Program-made: the position numbers and the translations under genes
The notes under the pieces: model-generated
The model's input: only the letters and a program-made list of their open reading frames with translations
What the model was told of the DNA's origin: nothing
Database searches by the model: none
Shown here: positions 1-9,515 of the stretch, piece after piece
Layout: each line of letters opens with the position of its first letter
Numbering within the stretch: position 1 is the first letter of the stretch
Source: a virus
Length of the DNA stretch: 64,000 nt
Direction: 5' to 3' (one strand)
Virus record (IMG/VR): IMGVR_UViG_3300027971_000039
Location: 21,828 to 85,827 of that record

Positions 1-174
1 GGATATTTATTAGATGAAGATGATTCATTTCTTTATCTTGGCGAAAATCCACTTGAAATAACACAAGCAATAGCTAAAAACAAAGTAGCAATGATTCAAG
101 TAGAAAGAAAAAAATCTAAATATGAAGAGATGTTAGAAGAAATGGGAGATGCTAATAAAAAGGATATTAATTAA
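1..174 (+). CDS. hypothetical protein, 5' truncated by window edge
   Basis: Open frame 1 (GYLLDEDDSFLYLG...KKDIN) ending at TAA 172-174, next ORF starts at 177. Confidence 0.7.
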   Translation, partial: GYLLDEDDSFLYLGENPLEITQAIAKNKVAMIQVERKKSKYEEMLEEMGDANKKDIN

Positions 175-176
175 TT

Positions 177-440
177 GTGACAGAAAAGTTAACACAATTA
201 TTAATAAAAGACTTTAATCCTAAATTTCTGGCTTATGATCTTTTTGAAAATAATATAAACATTGTAATTGCATCTGATTGTTTTATAAATCAAGCAATGG
301 TTGATAGAATAAGAAGTGTTTATGCTTGCGTAGAAAATAATTTACCAGAATTATTTGAAAAAAACAGCATTTTCGTACATGCTTTTACTGAAGACCAGTT
401 ACTTGATGTTTTAAAATCACAACTTGAAGAAGGTATATAA
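177..440 (+). CDS. hypothetical protein, possible divergent BolA-like fold
   Basis: IVIASDCF...VDRIRSVY...HAFTEDQ resembles BolA pattern IVSxxF...RHRxVY...TPEE; seen by eye only. Confidence 0.45.
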   Translation: MTEKLTQLLIKDFNPKFLAYDLFENNINIVIASDCFINQAMVDRIRSVYACVENNLPELFEKNSIFVHAFTEDQLLDVLKSQLEEGI

Positions 441-640
441 TGACCGAAGGCAGCGTTGTTATTATTGGTGGTAAATTTGATGAAAGAGTTAGAAAAAACG
501 ATGACTCTAATATAGTAGGAACAATTGTTAATAATGTTAAAGGTGAAGTTTGGGTTTTATTACCAGATGGAAATATTTGGGTAGGGAAAGAATATCTAGT
601 TTATCCAGTCGAAGAGGATGAACAATGCACGACAGACTAA
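440..640 (+). CDS. small hypothetical protein (beta-rich, possibly SH3/KOW-like)
   Basis: 66 aa ORF coupled to the upstream stop (TAATG). Confidence 0.6.
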   Translation: MTEGSVVIIGGKFDERVRKNDDSNIVGTIVNNVKGEVWVLLPDGNIWVGKEYLVYPVEEDEQCTTD

Positions 641-2775
641 TCTATGGTAAGAATGAAACACAAAGAATTGTTTCTATTGAAGCTATGGAAAGCGCAGCTG
701 CGCTGGAGATTTTTGTAGAAGATGAAAATAATAACGTTAGTTCTCATCTTGTTAGTAATCGGTATTGGATTCTTTCGAATAACAACGTTGATCAAAAATT
801 TGCACGATTAAACGGCAACCTTCATTACAAGTGGGGAAAACAATTCTCTACTCGTGAAGATTTCATTAGTTTTAAGAAACAACATCAAAAGTACGATTTG
901 TATTCTATTCATGACCAAAAGGAATCGGCTATGGTCAAGGATGGAATTACGTATTTCAAAGGCATGAAGCCACAAGATGTTTCAATTCTTTCATTTGACA
1001 TCGAAACCACTGGACTTAATGCACAAGCAAACGATGCAGCAGTTCTTCTTATTTCAAATACATTAAGGATCGGAAATAAAACACAAAGGAAATTGTTTGC
1101 TTACTCTGACTATAATAACGATCCTGTACAAATGGTGGAAGCGTGGTCGAAGTGGGTAAGAAGCGTAAATCCCTCGATTATCTGTGGTCATAATATTTAC
1201 TCATTCGACTTGAAGTATCTTTCAGAATACATGCAAGTAAATGGTAATAACTTATATCTTGGGCGCAATGATACCGCCATTCGATTTGAAACATATGAAT
1301 CAAAGTTTCGTGTAGATGGAACCCGAGATCTACACTACAACAAAGTTAAATGCTATGGGCGGGAACTTGTAGACACAATGTTCCTTGCCTACAAATATGA
1401 TATTGGTCGCAAGTACGAGAGCTATGGCCTAAAGAAGATCATTGCTCAAGAAAAGCTAGAAGCGGAAGACCGGGTATTTTATGATGCTTCACAGATCCGG
1501 TTTAAATACAAAGACCCCAAGGACTGGGAACTAATCAAACAATACTGTTTGCATGACGCAGATGATGCACTCAAACTGTTTGATCTTATGTCACCACCCT
1601 TTTTTTATATGACTCAATCTGTACCTAAAAGCTTTCAGTCTATGATTGAATCTGCTTCTGGTAGTCAGATTAATTCAGTCATGGTTCGCAGCTACTTACA
1701 AGAAAGACATAGCATTCCAAAGGCATCTGCTACCGTTGAGTACGAAGGTGCTATCAGCTTTGGAAATCCAGGCATCTATCGAAATGTATTTAAAGTTGAC
1801 GTTGCATCCCTATATCCATCAATCATGATCGAGTACAAAGTACATTCTCCTCAGAAAGATCCAAACAAGAACTTCTTGAATCTTGTACAGACGTTTACCG
1901 AACGACGACTTTATCATAAGAGCCTAGCTAAGACAGACAAGTATCACGATGATATGCAAGCTGCGTTCAAGATTTTCATTAACAGTTGCTATGGATTTCT
2001 AGGAAGCACCGGCCTTAATTTCAATATGCCAGATGGTGCAGCATTCATCACTAAAACAGGGCGAGACATTCTATCCAAGTCAATTCAATGGGCAAATACA
2101 AAAGACTTTAGAATTGTTAACGCAGACACTGATTCTATTTCATTTACAAGATCAGATGAGTCTGAATTTACAAACGATGACAGGGGTATGATCTTAAATG
2201 AAATCAACTCATTGTTCCCATCTACAATTCGATTTGAAGATGATGGTTTGTATAAATGTGTTATTGTATTTAAAGCAAAAAACTATGTCCTATATGACGG
2301 ACATAAAATTAAAACAAAAGGTTCTGCTATTAAAGCAACAACTAAAGAACCAGCTTTACGTGAGTTTATTAATACAATCATCAATAATATTATAGCTGGA
2401 CATACTGATTATAATTCTGTTTATAAAAAGTATGTTGTAGAAGCTTTCAATATTAAAGATATTAAGCGTTGGGTTTCCAGAAAAACTATTTCAGAGAAGA
2501 CTCTCAATCCACAAAGAACAAACGAGCAAAAGATATTCGATATTATCCAAGACTCAAACTTCTCCGAAGGAGATAGGATCTATTGCTTCTTCAGAGAAGA
2601 CGGTAGTTTAGCTCTTGTGGAAAACTTTGACGGTAACTATGATAAAGACAAGATGCTTGAAAAGCTTTACAAAACCTCAGAGATTTTTGATACAGTCCTT
2701 CCTGAAGGGATCTTCATCAATTATAAATTGAAGCGTAATAAAAAAGCTTTAGAGGAATTGGTGTCAAATGAATAG
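625..2775 (+). CDS. polB: family B DNA polymerase with 3'-5' exonuclease domain
   Basis: Exo motifs SFDIETTG, GHNIYSFDL, YCLHDA; polymerase motifs DVASLYPS, KIFINSCYG, NADTDS. Confidence 0.95.
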   Translation: MHDRLIYGKNETQRIVSIEAMESAAALEIFVEDENNNVSSHLVSNRYWILSNNNVDQKFARLNGNLHYKWGKQFSTREDFISFKKQHQKYDLYSIHDQKESAMVKDGITYFKGMKPQDVSILSFDIETTGLNAQANDAAVLLISNTLRIGNKTQRKLFAYSDYNNDPVQMVEAWSKWVRSVNPSIICGHNIYSFDLKYLSEYMQVNGNNLYLGRNDTAIRFETYESKFRVDGTRDLHYNKVKCYGRELVDTMFLAYKYDIGRKYESYGLKKIIAQEKLEAEDRVFYDASQIRFKYKDPKDWELIKQYCLHDADDALKLFDLMSPPFFYMTQSVPKSFQSMIESASGSQINSVMVRSYLQERHSIPKASATVEYEGAISFGNPGIYRNVFKVDVASLYPSIMIEYKVHSPQKDPNKNFLNLVQTFTERRLYHKSLAKTDKYHDDMQAAFKIFINSCYGFLGSTGLNFNMPDGAAFITKTGRDILSKSIQWANTKDFRIVNADTDSISFTRSDESEFTNDDRGMILNEINSLFPSTIRFEDDGLYKCVIVFKAKNYVLYDGHKIKTKGSAIKATTKEPALREFINTIINNIIAGHTDYNSVYKKYVVEAFNIKDIKRWVSRKTISEKTLNPQRTNEQKIFDIIQDSNFSEGDRIYCFFREDGSLALVENFDGNYDKDKMLEKLYKTSEIFDTVLPEGIFINYKLKRNKKALEELVSNE

Positions 2776-2938
2776 TTACTTAATTGCTGGGCTGCTTGTT
2801 TTATATGGCGTGGTTATTTGGGTCATTGCTTCCAGAAAGTATTATGGTTTAGGATATGACCATGCAATTGAAGATATTGAAAAAATATCTCTTGCATTAA
2901 AAAAAGAAATAGAAAAAAGACAAAAGAATGAAGAATAA
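2768..2938 (+). CDS. small membrane protein (56 aa, not in ORF track)
   Basis: MNSYLIAGLLVLYGVVIWVIASRKYY...; fills the gap between polB and the deaminase, overlapping both. Confidence 0.65.
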   Translation: MNSYLIAGLLVLYGVVIWVIASRKYYGLGYDHAIEDIEKISLALKKEIEKRQKNEE

Positions 2939-3284
2939 ATTTTTTCAACTTGCTCGTAATATCTCTAAACACTCAGATCATCCAGCACATCAACTCGGTG
3001 CCGTTATTGTTAGAGGTAATCGAATTATCTCTCTTGGTTTTAATAAAAATAAAACCCACACAAAATCTAATCATGCATGGAAAAGACTACACGCTGAAAT
3101 TTGTGCAATCATCAAAACTAAAGAAGATTTGACAGGTTGTACCATTTACGTTTATCGTGAAACTAAGCTTGGTAATCTAGGAATGGCTCGTCCATGCCCA
3201 ACATGTTTGGCAGCGATACAAGAAGTTGGAATTAAAAAAATTTGCTACTCAACCGAAAACGGCTACAAGCAAGAAATAATTTGA
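2928..3284 (+). CDS. zinc-dependent cytidine/dCMP deaminase family protein
   Basis: HAE...PCPTC catalytic motifs. Confidence 0.85.
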   Translation: MKNKFFQLARNISKHSDHPAHQLGAVIVRGNRIISLGFNKNKTHTKSNHAWKRLHAEICAIIKTKEDLTGCTIYVYRETKLGNLGMARPCPTCLAAIQEVGIKKICYSTENGYKQEII

Positions 3285-3293
3285 GGTAGTTAA

Positions 3294-4274
3294 ATGTCAC
3301 ATTTTATTATTAAAGAAAAAAGCAAGCTACAAGAAATGCAAGTTGGTACAAAGATTCCTGAATCTGATTTTAGTATCATGACCCCAGATGGAATATTTGT
3401 ACAACTTCAACACATTGAAGAAGATGAAGTCGATGCTCCATACGAAGTCAATCCTGGTATTTGGGTTATCCAAAAAGTGGCAACGGGATTAAAGTTGGTT
3501 AAAACTTCTTTCGTTAAAGACGAGATTCTTTCATCTTTCGTACATACACAATCAATTACCGATAAAATTGATTGCTTCTTTAAAAAGCTAGACGTGTACA
3601 AAAAGCATGGAATTGAAATTCCTAAACGGGGGCTGCTTCTTTATGGCCCCCCAGGTTCAGGTAAAACAACGGTCATCAATAAGGTAGCAGAGCAGTATGC
3701 CAGTGATGGTAAAACAGCAATCATCATTTGGCCCACAGATAAGTTTGAGGCATTCACCGTTAAAGACTTTATTAAAAGCTTTACATATGTAGGTGTTGAT
3801 AAAATTATTCTTGTTGTTGAAGACATCGGTGGTACTGAGATGGACCAGACTCGTATGCGCAGTGATTCTTCTTTACTCAGTCTTCTTGATAATCAAGAGA
3901 AGACATTTAAGATTCCAGTATTGATTCTAGCAACAACTAACTTCCCAGAAGTATTTCTAGGCAATCTTACAAATCGTCCACAACGGTTTGACGATAAGAT
4001 TGAAGTAGGTTTACCCCCAGCCGAGTCTCGCGCAGAGCTTCTAAAGTTCTTTTCTAAAGAAGATACTCCATCTGATGAGGCTCTTACCTTTATCAAAGGT
4101 AAAGCCTGTGCAGAATTCTCTCCAGCACATATCAAGGAATCGATCATTCGAGCTGCTATTTATGACAAACAATTAATTGATACTATCAAAGAAGTAGCAC
4201 AAGAGATTGAGAAATATAAGAAAGCATTCAGCAAACAAAAATCAGTTGGGATGGGGATGACTGACTATGACTAG
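3294..4274 (+). CDS. AAA+ ATPase (classic AAA clade)
   Basis: Walker A GLLLYGPPGSGKT, Walker B-like ILVVEDI, SRH-like ATTNFPE...NRPQRFD. Confidence 0.9.
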   Translation: MSHFIIKEKSKLQEMQVGTKIPESDFSIMTPDGIFVQLQHIEEDEVDAPYEVNPGIWVIQKVATGLKLVKTSFVKDEILSSFVHTQSITDKIDCFFKKLDVYKKHGIEIPKRGLLLYGPPGSGKTTVINKVAEQYASDGKTAIIIWPTDKFEAFTVKDFIKSFTYVGVDKIILVVEDIGGTEMDQTRMRSDSSLLSLLDNQEKTFKIPVLILATTNFPEVFLGNLTNRPQRFDDKIEVGLPPAESRAELLKFFSKEDTPSDEALTFIKGKACAEFSPAHIKESIIRAAIYDKQLIDTIKEVAQEIEKYKKAFSKQKSVGMGMTDYD

Positions 4275-4509
4275 ACCCATTAAATATAATAGATATTTAA
4301 ATAATATGTTCTCAATTAATTCCAATGAATATTTAACTGGAATGTTTCAAGAGAAAATAAATATACACAGCCACCTACTAGATTTATATGAAGATAAAAT
4401 TAATTCAATGTCATCTCGTAGACATGACCAAAAACTATTAAATGAATGTGTTACACCGGCATTTAGTAAATACAAATTGATTGACATTGATATGAGTGAT
4501 TATGATTAA
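4267..4509 (+). CDS. hypothetical protein, paralog of 4496-4720
   Basis: 80 aa; INSMSSRRHD motif shared with the next ORF. Confidence 0.6.
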   Translation: MTRPIKYNRYLNNMFSINSNEYLTGMFQEKINIHSHLLDLYEDKINSMSSRRHDQKLLNECVTPAFSKYKLIDIDMSDYD

Positions 4510-4720
4510 TTCAGAACCATTCAACAAATATATAAATAAAAGAGATGGAATTGATAAAGATTCTTATTTAGTATATCTTAAACAAGATAACATTGACTTG
4601 ATGAATCATTTTTTAAACAAGGAATCTGAATCAATAAATAGTTGGTCATCTAAAAAACACGATAAAGATTCTTGGGGTCAAGTAATGGCAGAGATTCGAG
4701 AAAGACATCACAGTGGATAA
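4496..4720 (+). CDS. hypothetical protein, paralog of 4267-4509
   Basis: 74 aa; INSWSSKKHD motif. Confidence 0.6.
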   Translation: MIMINSEPFNKYINKRDGIDKDSYLVYLKQDNIDLMNHFLNKESESINSWSSKKHDKDSWGQVMAEIRERHHSG

Positions 4721-5012
4721 TCTTGTTAATTTAGGTAAATTTAAAAAAGATAAAGAAAAAGTAAAAATTCTAGAAAAATCAGAAAAAATCATTGAAGAGA
4801 TGAAGATTATTCTGTATATAATGGAATTGGCAATAAATGGGTTGAGTCACTTTAATAAATACGTATTTGTTACAGAGTGTGTATCCGTTTTACAAAGTAA
4901 TAAAATTCTTCTTGAGATCCATCTTAATAAATATATAAAAGCTGTAGAAAAAATTAAAGAAGAACAAAAAAATGGTGAACTGGAAAAACCTAGTAAAGAA
5001 GATCCCAAATAA
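4713..5012 (+). CDS. hypothetical helical protein
   Basis: 99 aa ORF in tightly overlapping operon. Confidence 0.6.
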   Translation: MDNLVNLGKFKKDKEKVKILEKSEKIIEEMKIILYIMELAINGLSHFNKYVFVTECVSVLQSNKILLEIHLNKYIKAVEKIKEEQKNGELEKPSKEDPK

Positions 5013-5283
5013 AGTCCAACTTTCCAAACGAGGAGAGTATGAAATTGTTTGGGTTGACTCCTTTAAACAACACGACGTAGTGGGTGAGACTAGATTTGAT
5101 CGCAAGCAGATTGCTATAAAAGATAAACTGTCACCAAAGAACACAGTAATCACATACTTACACGAAGTTGCACATGGTCTTTCCGCAGAACATGACATGC
5201 AGCTTACTGAAAATCAAATTCTCGCATTAGAAAAGGGCTTGTACTATCTACTAAAAGATGGTAACTTGTTTAAGAAGGATTAA
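4972..5283 (+). CDS. small zincin-like metallopeptidase
   Basis: HExxH motif YLHEVAHG with downstream E. Confidence 0.7.
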   Translation: MVNWKNLVKKIPNKVQLSKRGEYEIVWVDSFKQHDVVGETRFDRKQIAIKDKLSPKNTVITYLHEVAHGLSAEHDMQLTENQILALEKGLYYLLKDGNLFKKD

Positions 5284-5285
5284 GC

Positions 5286-5945
5286 ATGAAAAAAATACTA
5301 ATTCTTGGTGATTCCCATCTTCCATATACTGACTTTGATGTTATCAAACAGGCATATGAATTTAATAAAAAATTTAAAGCAGATATTGTGGTTTCAACTG
5401 GTGACATGACTGACCAGAAATACTGGAGTCGGTTTCCAAAGTCACCAGAGGACGACGGTGGATTACTTGAATGGGAAAAAGTTTTAGATGGTGCAAAAAA
5501 GTTTGCTAAAATGTTTCCGAACATGATTATCCTTAATTCAAATCATGATCGTCGGTATGCAAAAAAAGCAGCAGAGAGCGGCATTCCTAAAATTATGATT
5601 CGAACCTTATCGGAACTTATTCCAAACAAAGGTTGGAAGTGGCACCTTGGTCCAGATCCGCTTGTTATTGACAACACAGCGTTTATGCACGGCGACGAAC
5701 TACAAGGCGGAGTTAAAGCTAAAGCCAATGTTCTTGGAATGAATGTTGTACAAGGGCATTCACACAAGGCAGAGCTTCACTATGTGAATACGTTTGGTAA
5801 GAGCCTATTTGCAATGGATGTTGGATGCACAGTAGACACCAAGAGCGCGGCATTTGATTACGCAGCAACATCGCTTACAAAAGTTTGGACAGGGTTTGGG
5901 TATATTGAAAACGGTGTTCCCCATTTAGTACCAAAGAAAAAATAA
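5286..5945 (+). CDS. calcineurin-like metallophosphoesterase
   Basis: GDSH, TGDMTD, SNHD, FMHG, GHSH motifs. Confidence 0.9.
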   Translation: MKKILILGDSHLPYTDFDVIKQAYEFNKKFKADIVVSTGDMTDQKYWSRFPKSPEDDGGLLEWEKVLDGAKKFAKMFPNMIILNSNHDRRYAKKAAESGIPKIMIRTLSELIPNKGWKWHLGPDPLVIDNTAFMHGDELQGGVKAKANVLGMNVVQGHSHKAELHYVNTFGKSLFAMDVGCTVDTKSAAFDYAATSLTKVWTGFGYIENGVPHLVPKKK

Positions 5946-5955
5946 GAGGTAATTT

Positions 5956-6186
5956 ATGAAAACAGCAAGCCAAGTAAAAGCAATTGCAGAAAGTTCAAAA
6001 GTACAACAAACTACCACCGAACTACAAAAAATACTAACATCAATAGAAAAGGCAGCAGAAGATGGTAATTTTAAAGTGGCATTTAAAGTTAGACACAATC
6101 CAACACAAACAATTGTGCAACAGCTAGAGCAACTTGGTTATACTGTCAGCGAAGAATCTGGATTAATTGTTGTTGATTGGTCATAA
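5956..6186 (+). CDS. hypothetical protein
   Basis: 76 aa ORF with GAGG RBS. Confidence 0.7.
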   Translation: MKTASQVKAIAESSKVQQTTTELQKILTSIEKAAEDGNFKVAFKVRHNPTQTIVQQLEQLGYTVSEESGLIVVDWS

Positions 6187-6192
6187 TTTTGT

Positions 6193-6268
6193 TGGGCAGT
6201 AGCTCAGTTGGTAGAGTGCGCCGCTGTTAACGGCGTGGTCGTAGGTTCGAACCCTACCTGCCCAGCCA
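6193..6268 (+). tRNA. trnN: tRNA-Asn (anticodon GTT) with encoded CCA
   Basis: Acceptor TGGGCAG/CTGCCCA, D arm AGCTCAGTTGGTAGAG, anticodon arm CGCCG-CTGTTAA-CGGCG, T arm GTAGG-TTCGAAC-CCTAC, ends GCCA; 76 nt. Confidence 0.95.
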
Positions 6269-6286
6269 TTATTTAAAAAATAAACT

Positions 6287-6559
6287 ATGAGTAATAATAA
6301 AAGTAAATTATTTAAAAATAATACTAACAAACTTAATAAACATCGAAACGAACTTGTGCCAAATTTTTGGATTGGCAGGAGAAGCGAATCGGTGTGCTCT
6401 ATAAAAAACGAATCAATTTACGAAAAAATCGAAACTACAGAAGACATGGACACCTACACTAAAAGTGATATTTATCGTAAAAAAGACGACATACACATAC
6501 TAGAGTTATTTAAAAGATGTAATATTTTAAATACTGTAAACCATTTAAAAATACGTTAA
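6287..6559 (+). CDS. hypothetical protein
   Basis: 90 aa ORF between tRNA and dUTPase. Confidence 0.5.
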   Translation: MSNNKSKLFKNNTNKLNKHRNELVPNFWIGRRSESVCSIKNESIYEKIETTEDMDTYTKSDIYRKKDDIHILELFKRCNILNTVNHLKIR

Positions 6560-6576
6560 TTAAAAGGAGAAACAAC

Positions 6577-7029
6577 ATGAAAACAATTCAAGTATTACTT
6601 CGTGATGAAAAGGCAATTGCACCAACCCGTAACAAAACAACAGATGCTGGATTAGACTTATATGCTATGGAAGATAAGTTTATTGAACTAGGGTCAACAG
6701 CTATTATTCGAACTGGTTTATCTGTAAACGTTCCAGAAGGAATGGTTGGTAAAATTGAAGATCGTAGTAGCCTTGCTGCCAAAGGATTACGAACGGGGGC
6801 TGGTGTAATTGACGCTGGTTATAATGGGGAGGTTGGTATTGTAATTCACAATCTAACATCAACATCAACAACCGATCCTGTTTTATTACGCAAAGGCTAT
6901 CAAATTCGTCGTGGAGATAAAATAGCACAACTCCTTACATATCAAATTGAAACACCCTCAGTTGAGGTTCTTAATAATCTTTGGGAATCTAAACGGGGCT
7001 CTGGTGGGTTTGGGAGTTCAGGCCGATGA
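6577..7029 (+). CDS. dut: trimeric dUTPase
   Basis: AGLDL, RSSLA, GVIDAGYNGE, KIAQL, RGSGGFGSSG motifs; AGGAG RBS. Confidence 0.95.
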   Translation: MKTIQVLLRDEKAIAPTRNKTTDAGLDLYAMEDKFIELGSTAIIRTGLSVNVPEGMVGKIEDRSSLAAKGLRTGAGVIDAGYNGEVGIVIHNLTSTSTTDPVLLRKGYQIRRGDKIAQLLTYQIETPSVEVLNNLWESKRGSGGFGSSGR

Positions 7030-7241
7030 TTACAAATGAGTTCTTTCAAGGATACCACCAAGCCCTTAATACGGTAGAAGAAAATGTCGAAGCACTTCTT
7101 AAACTCAGACAACAAGGCGATAACGACTTCTTCTATACTAGCGCACTCAAACAAGTTAAATCTCATATTGAGCAGGTGCGTAAATCTTATAAAGAACTAC
7201 AAAAGCAACTTTCAAATGAGCAAAAGAAAAAGCGAACTTGA
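7026..7241 (+). CDS. hypothetical protein
   Basis: 71 aa, overlaps the dut stop. Confidence 0.6.
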   Translation: MITNEFFQGYHQALNTVEENVEALLKLRQQGDNDFFYTSALKQVKSHIEQVRKSYKELQKQLSNEQKKKRT

Positions 7242-7509
7242 AGATAAAATAGAACAACTTGAATCTGAGTTAGAGGAATTAAAAACCACTAACAATGCAC
7301 TAAGACGCAGACTTAGGAAAATAGATAGTAAATTTAATGAAGATGATTATTTAGAAGATGATCAAATAGAAAAAAAATACGAAAGACTAAAACAATATGC
7401 CTGTCCTTATTGTAAAAAATTAACAATGGAGGAAGTTGAAATAGCCGGTCGTTTTTTTAAAAGGTGTGATAATTGTGGCAAAAGAACGAAAGCCGAAAAA
7501 ACACAATAA
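7216..7509 (+). CDS. coiled-coil plus zinc-ribbon protein
   Basis: Likely start MSKRKSE at 7216; CPYC...CDNC. Confidence 0.65.
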   Translation: MSKRKSELEDKIEQLESELEELKTTNNALRRRLRKIDSKFNEDDYLEDDQIEKKYERLKQYACPYCKKLTMEEVEIAGRFFKRCDNCGKRTKAEKTQ

Positions 7510-7843
7510 AAAAACATTTGTTACAGGCGCATTACGACGCGCTTCTCTCCGTTGGCCTCCTAGAAACATGGCTTTAAAAAAAGCCCGTGTTGATAGGGGG
7601 CTTTATCGTTGTTCAATGTGCGGAGAAAGCTTTAAACGTGATGACATTCATATTGACCACATTATGCCTATTGTTGATCCATCAAAAGGATTCATCGGAT
7701 GGGATGATTATATTGAAAAACTCTTTTGTCAAGAAGAAGAATTTCAAATCCTCTGTAAGTACGATCATGAAGTAAAAACATTAGTAGAAGATGAAATGAG
7801 AAAAGCATTAAAAGATGTTGACAAAGTAGACACATCTGAGTAA
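7466..7843 (+). CDS. HNH endonuclease
   Basis: CSMC...HIDHIMP...FQILCKYDH. Confidence 0.8.
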   Translation: MIIVAKERKPKKHNKKTFVTGALRRASLRWPPRNMALKKARVDRGLYRCSMCGESFKRDDIHIDHIMPIVDPSKGFIGWDDYIEKLFCQEEEFQILCKYDHEVKTLVEDEMRKALKDVDKVDTSE

Positions 7844-7853
7844 TAGTATATTT

Positions 7854-8099
7854 ATGAAGTTGAAACTTGCGTTTATTCAAGATCCGATAACTAAATTACC
7901 TTCTGTCTCACTGACAAATCTAGTAATCTCCGTTTTATTTCTTCTTGTTGCAGCTGGATTAGATTTGTCTGGTAAAGTAAAAGGAACTAGCATTGCTCTT
8001 GAGTATTTTGGTGTTTCTTCTGCTTTGTATTTTTCAAGGCGCATTAATGTAAATGGCCGTAGTTTCACGGCAGAAAGTGAAGATAAAGGTAATGATTAA
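7854..8099 (+). CDS. putative holin (two TM segments)
   Basis: 81 aa with two hydrophobic helices and a charged C-tail. Confidence 0.45.
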   Translation: MKLKLAFIQDPITKLPSVSLTNLVISVLFLLVAAGLDLSGKVKGTSIALEYFGVSSALYFSRRINVNGRSFTAESEDKGND

Positions 8100-8928
8100 A
8101 CGATTTTTAACAGCGGCTGTTGTTGGTATTGTTATTAGCTCAGTTGTTGGTGGTATGTTGGTCGTCAATAATTTAACAAAACTTATTAATAATACACCAG
8201 TTGCAACAAATACACAGGATTTGGATACTTCAATGTTACCAGATCCAGTGGAAATTAAAGAACCAGAACAACAATCGATTGAAACAAATGATTCTGGTAT
8301 TCCAACTTTAAATTTATCTAAAGGAAATTTTATAGTTCTCTACGGTCCTATTTATGAAAATGGAAACGAAGTAGCTGAAGCTATTAAGAAAGCAACATCT
8401 CGCCGTGGACCGCTTTCTGGAAATGATCCTTTATATCTTTTAATCGATAGCCCAGGGGGAAGCGTAATTACTGGTGGTGCTATTATTTCTGCAATGGAAG
8501 CATCACCCGTTCCTGTACACACGGTATGTTTACAATTGTGTGCTTCTATGGGCGCCATGATCCATCAATATGGTGTAAAACGTTATAGTGTAAATCGTAG
8601 TCTTCTAATGTTTCATGATGCGGCTGGTGGCTTTCAAGGTCCATTTCAACAAGTTATGTCTCGCATGAACACAATCAATCGTTTTGTTAATAAAATGTTT
8701 GCAAATGTTGCAAAACGCTCTGGACAGCCTTATAAAGATTTTATGCTTAAAATTGGTCCTGAGATTTGGGTTGATGGAGAAGATGCTGTTACTCAACATT
8801 ATAGCGATAGTCTTGTAAGCGTTGTATTTGAAAATAGTGACGCAGTAAATCCACCTTCTTTTGAGACTCTTCAGATGAAAGAAGAAATTAAAAAGAAGAT
8901 TCTTAGCGCAGAATACATCAAACAATAA
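8092..8928 (+). CDS. ClpP/S14-like serine protease with N-terminal membrane anchor
   Basis: LIDSPGGSV, CASMGA (catalytic Ser), LMFHDA (His); start MIKRFL... at 8092 with AAAGG RBS; hydrophobic N-terminal helix. Confidence 0.8.
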   Translation: MIKRFLTAAVVGIVISSVVGGMLVVNNLTKLINNTPVATNTQDLDTSMLPDPVEIKEPEQQSIETNDSGIPTLNLSKGNFIVLYGPIYENGNEVAEAIKKATSRRGPLSGNDPLYLLIDSPGGSVITGGAIISAMEASPVPVHTVCLQLCASMGAMIHQYGVKRYSVNRSLLMFHDAAGGFQGPFQQVMSRMNTINRFVNKMFANVAKRSGQPYKDFMLKIGPEIWVDGEDAVTQHYSDSLVSVVFENSDAVNPPSFETLQMKEEIKKKILSAEYIKQ

Positions 8929-8929
8929 T

Positions 8930-9178
8930 ATGGAATACATTGTCGGTCTGATTATAGGTTTAGTGGGTTGGTTGTTCTTTGAACGATCAAAGAGAAAATC
9001 TGCTGAAGGTGCTCTAGAAAACTTAGAGACACGAGAAGAAACCCTGAAACTAGATAAAGAAGCAACAAAGAATACAGGGCTACTTGAAGCGGAACAAGCA
9101 AAAAGAGAGGAGATTAAAAATGAACAAGATAAAAAATCTCTTAGTGACATTGCTCGTTTTCTCAATGACCGTAAGTAA
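8930..9178 (+). CDS. i-spanin-like protein (N-terminal TM plus coiled coil)
   Basis: MEYIVGLIIGLVGWLFF then a charged helix; overlaps the next gene. Confidence 0.45.
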   Translation: MEYIVGLIIGLVGWLFFERSKRKSAEGALENLETREETLKLDKEATKNTGLLEAEQAKREEIKNEQDKKSLSDIARFLNDRK

Positions 9179-9515
9179 CAGTGCGTTTGCCGACGACGCA
9201 CTTGTTTTAAACAAAGGACAATCTGCCCCATTTACCGGACTCCTCTTAACTGAGGATAAAGCAAATGAAGTTTATAATGATATTAAAAAGTATAAACTTC
9301 TAAATGAATCCTTAGAAAAAAGCGTAATTCTATACAAGCAAAACGAAGAACTTTACGATAAAAAAGTAAACATTCTTTTAGAACAAAATGATAAATTATC
9401 AGAGAACCTTCTACAAGCTAGAACAACAAGTAATTGGGAAAAGGTACTTTGGTTTGGACTAGGGTTTTTGTCTGTTGGACTAGGAATTTATGGTGTCAAA
9501 ACGATTACCAAATGA
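9120..9515 (+). CDS. exported coiled-coil protein with C-terminal TM (spanin-like partner)
   Basis: Signal peptide ...NSAFA|DD, coiled coil, C-terminal VLWFGLGFLSVGLGIYG; GGAG RBS. Confidence 0.5.
   Translation: MNKIKNLLVTLLVFSMTVSNSAFADDALVLNKGQSAPFTGLLLTEDKANEVYNDIKKYKLLNESLEKSVILYKQNEELYDKKVNILLEQNDKLSENLLQARTTSNWEKVLWFGLGFLSVGLGIYGVKTITK

Noticed and set aside
625-2775. Intein or intron in polB (also checked terL and portal)
   Set aside because: Motif spacing and lengths are normal; no splice-junction signatures seen.
3294-4274. AAA ATPase as the sigma54 activator
   Set aside because: No GAFTGA loop; motifs are those of the classic AAA clade.
6269-6290. tRNA-associated ribozyme or attachment site
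   Set aside because: Only a short AT-rich spacer follows the tRNA; no structure, duplicate tRNA end or integrase in the window.
7818-7853. sigma70 promoter before the holin-like gene
   Set aside because: TTGACA is present but no good -10 box sits at 16-18 nt spacing.
8605-9231. 208-aa antisense ORF and similar shadow ORFs
   Set aside because: They lie opposite well-supported genes and have no recognisable motifs.
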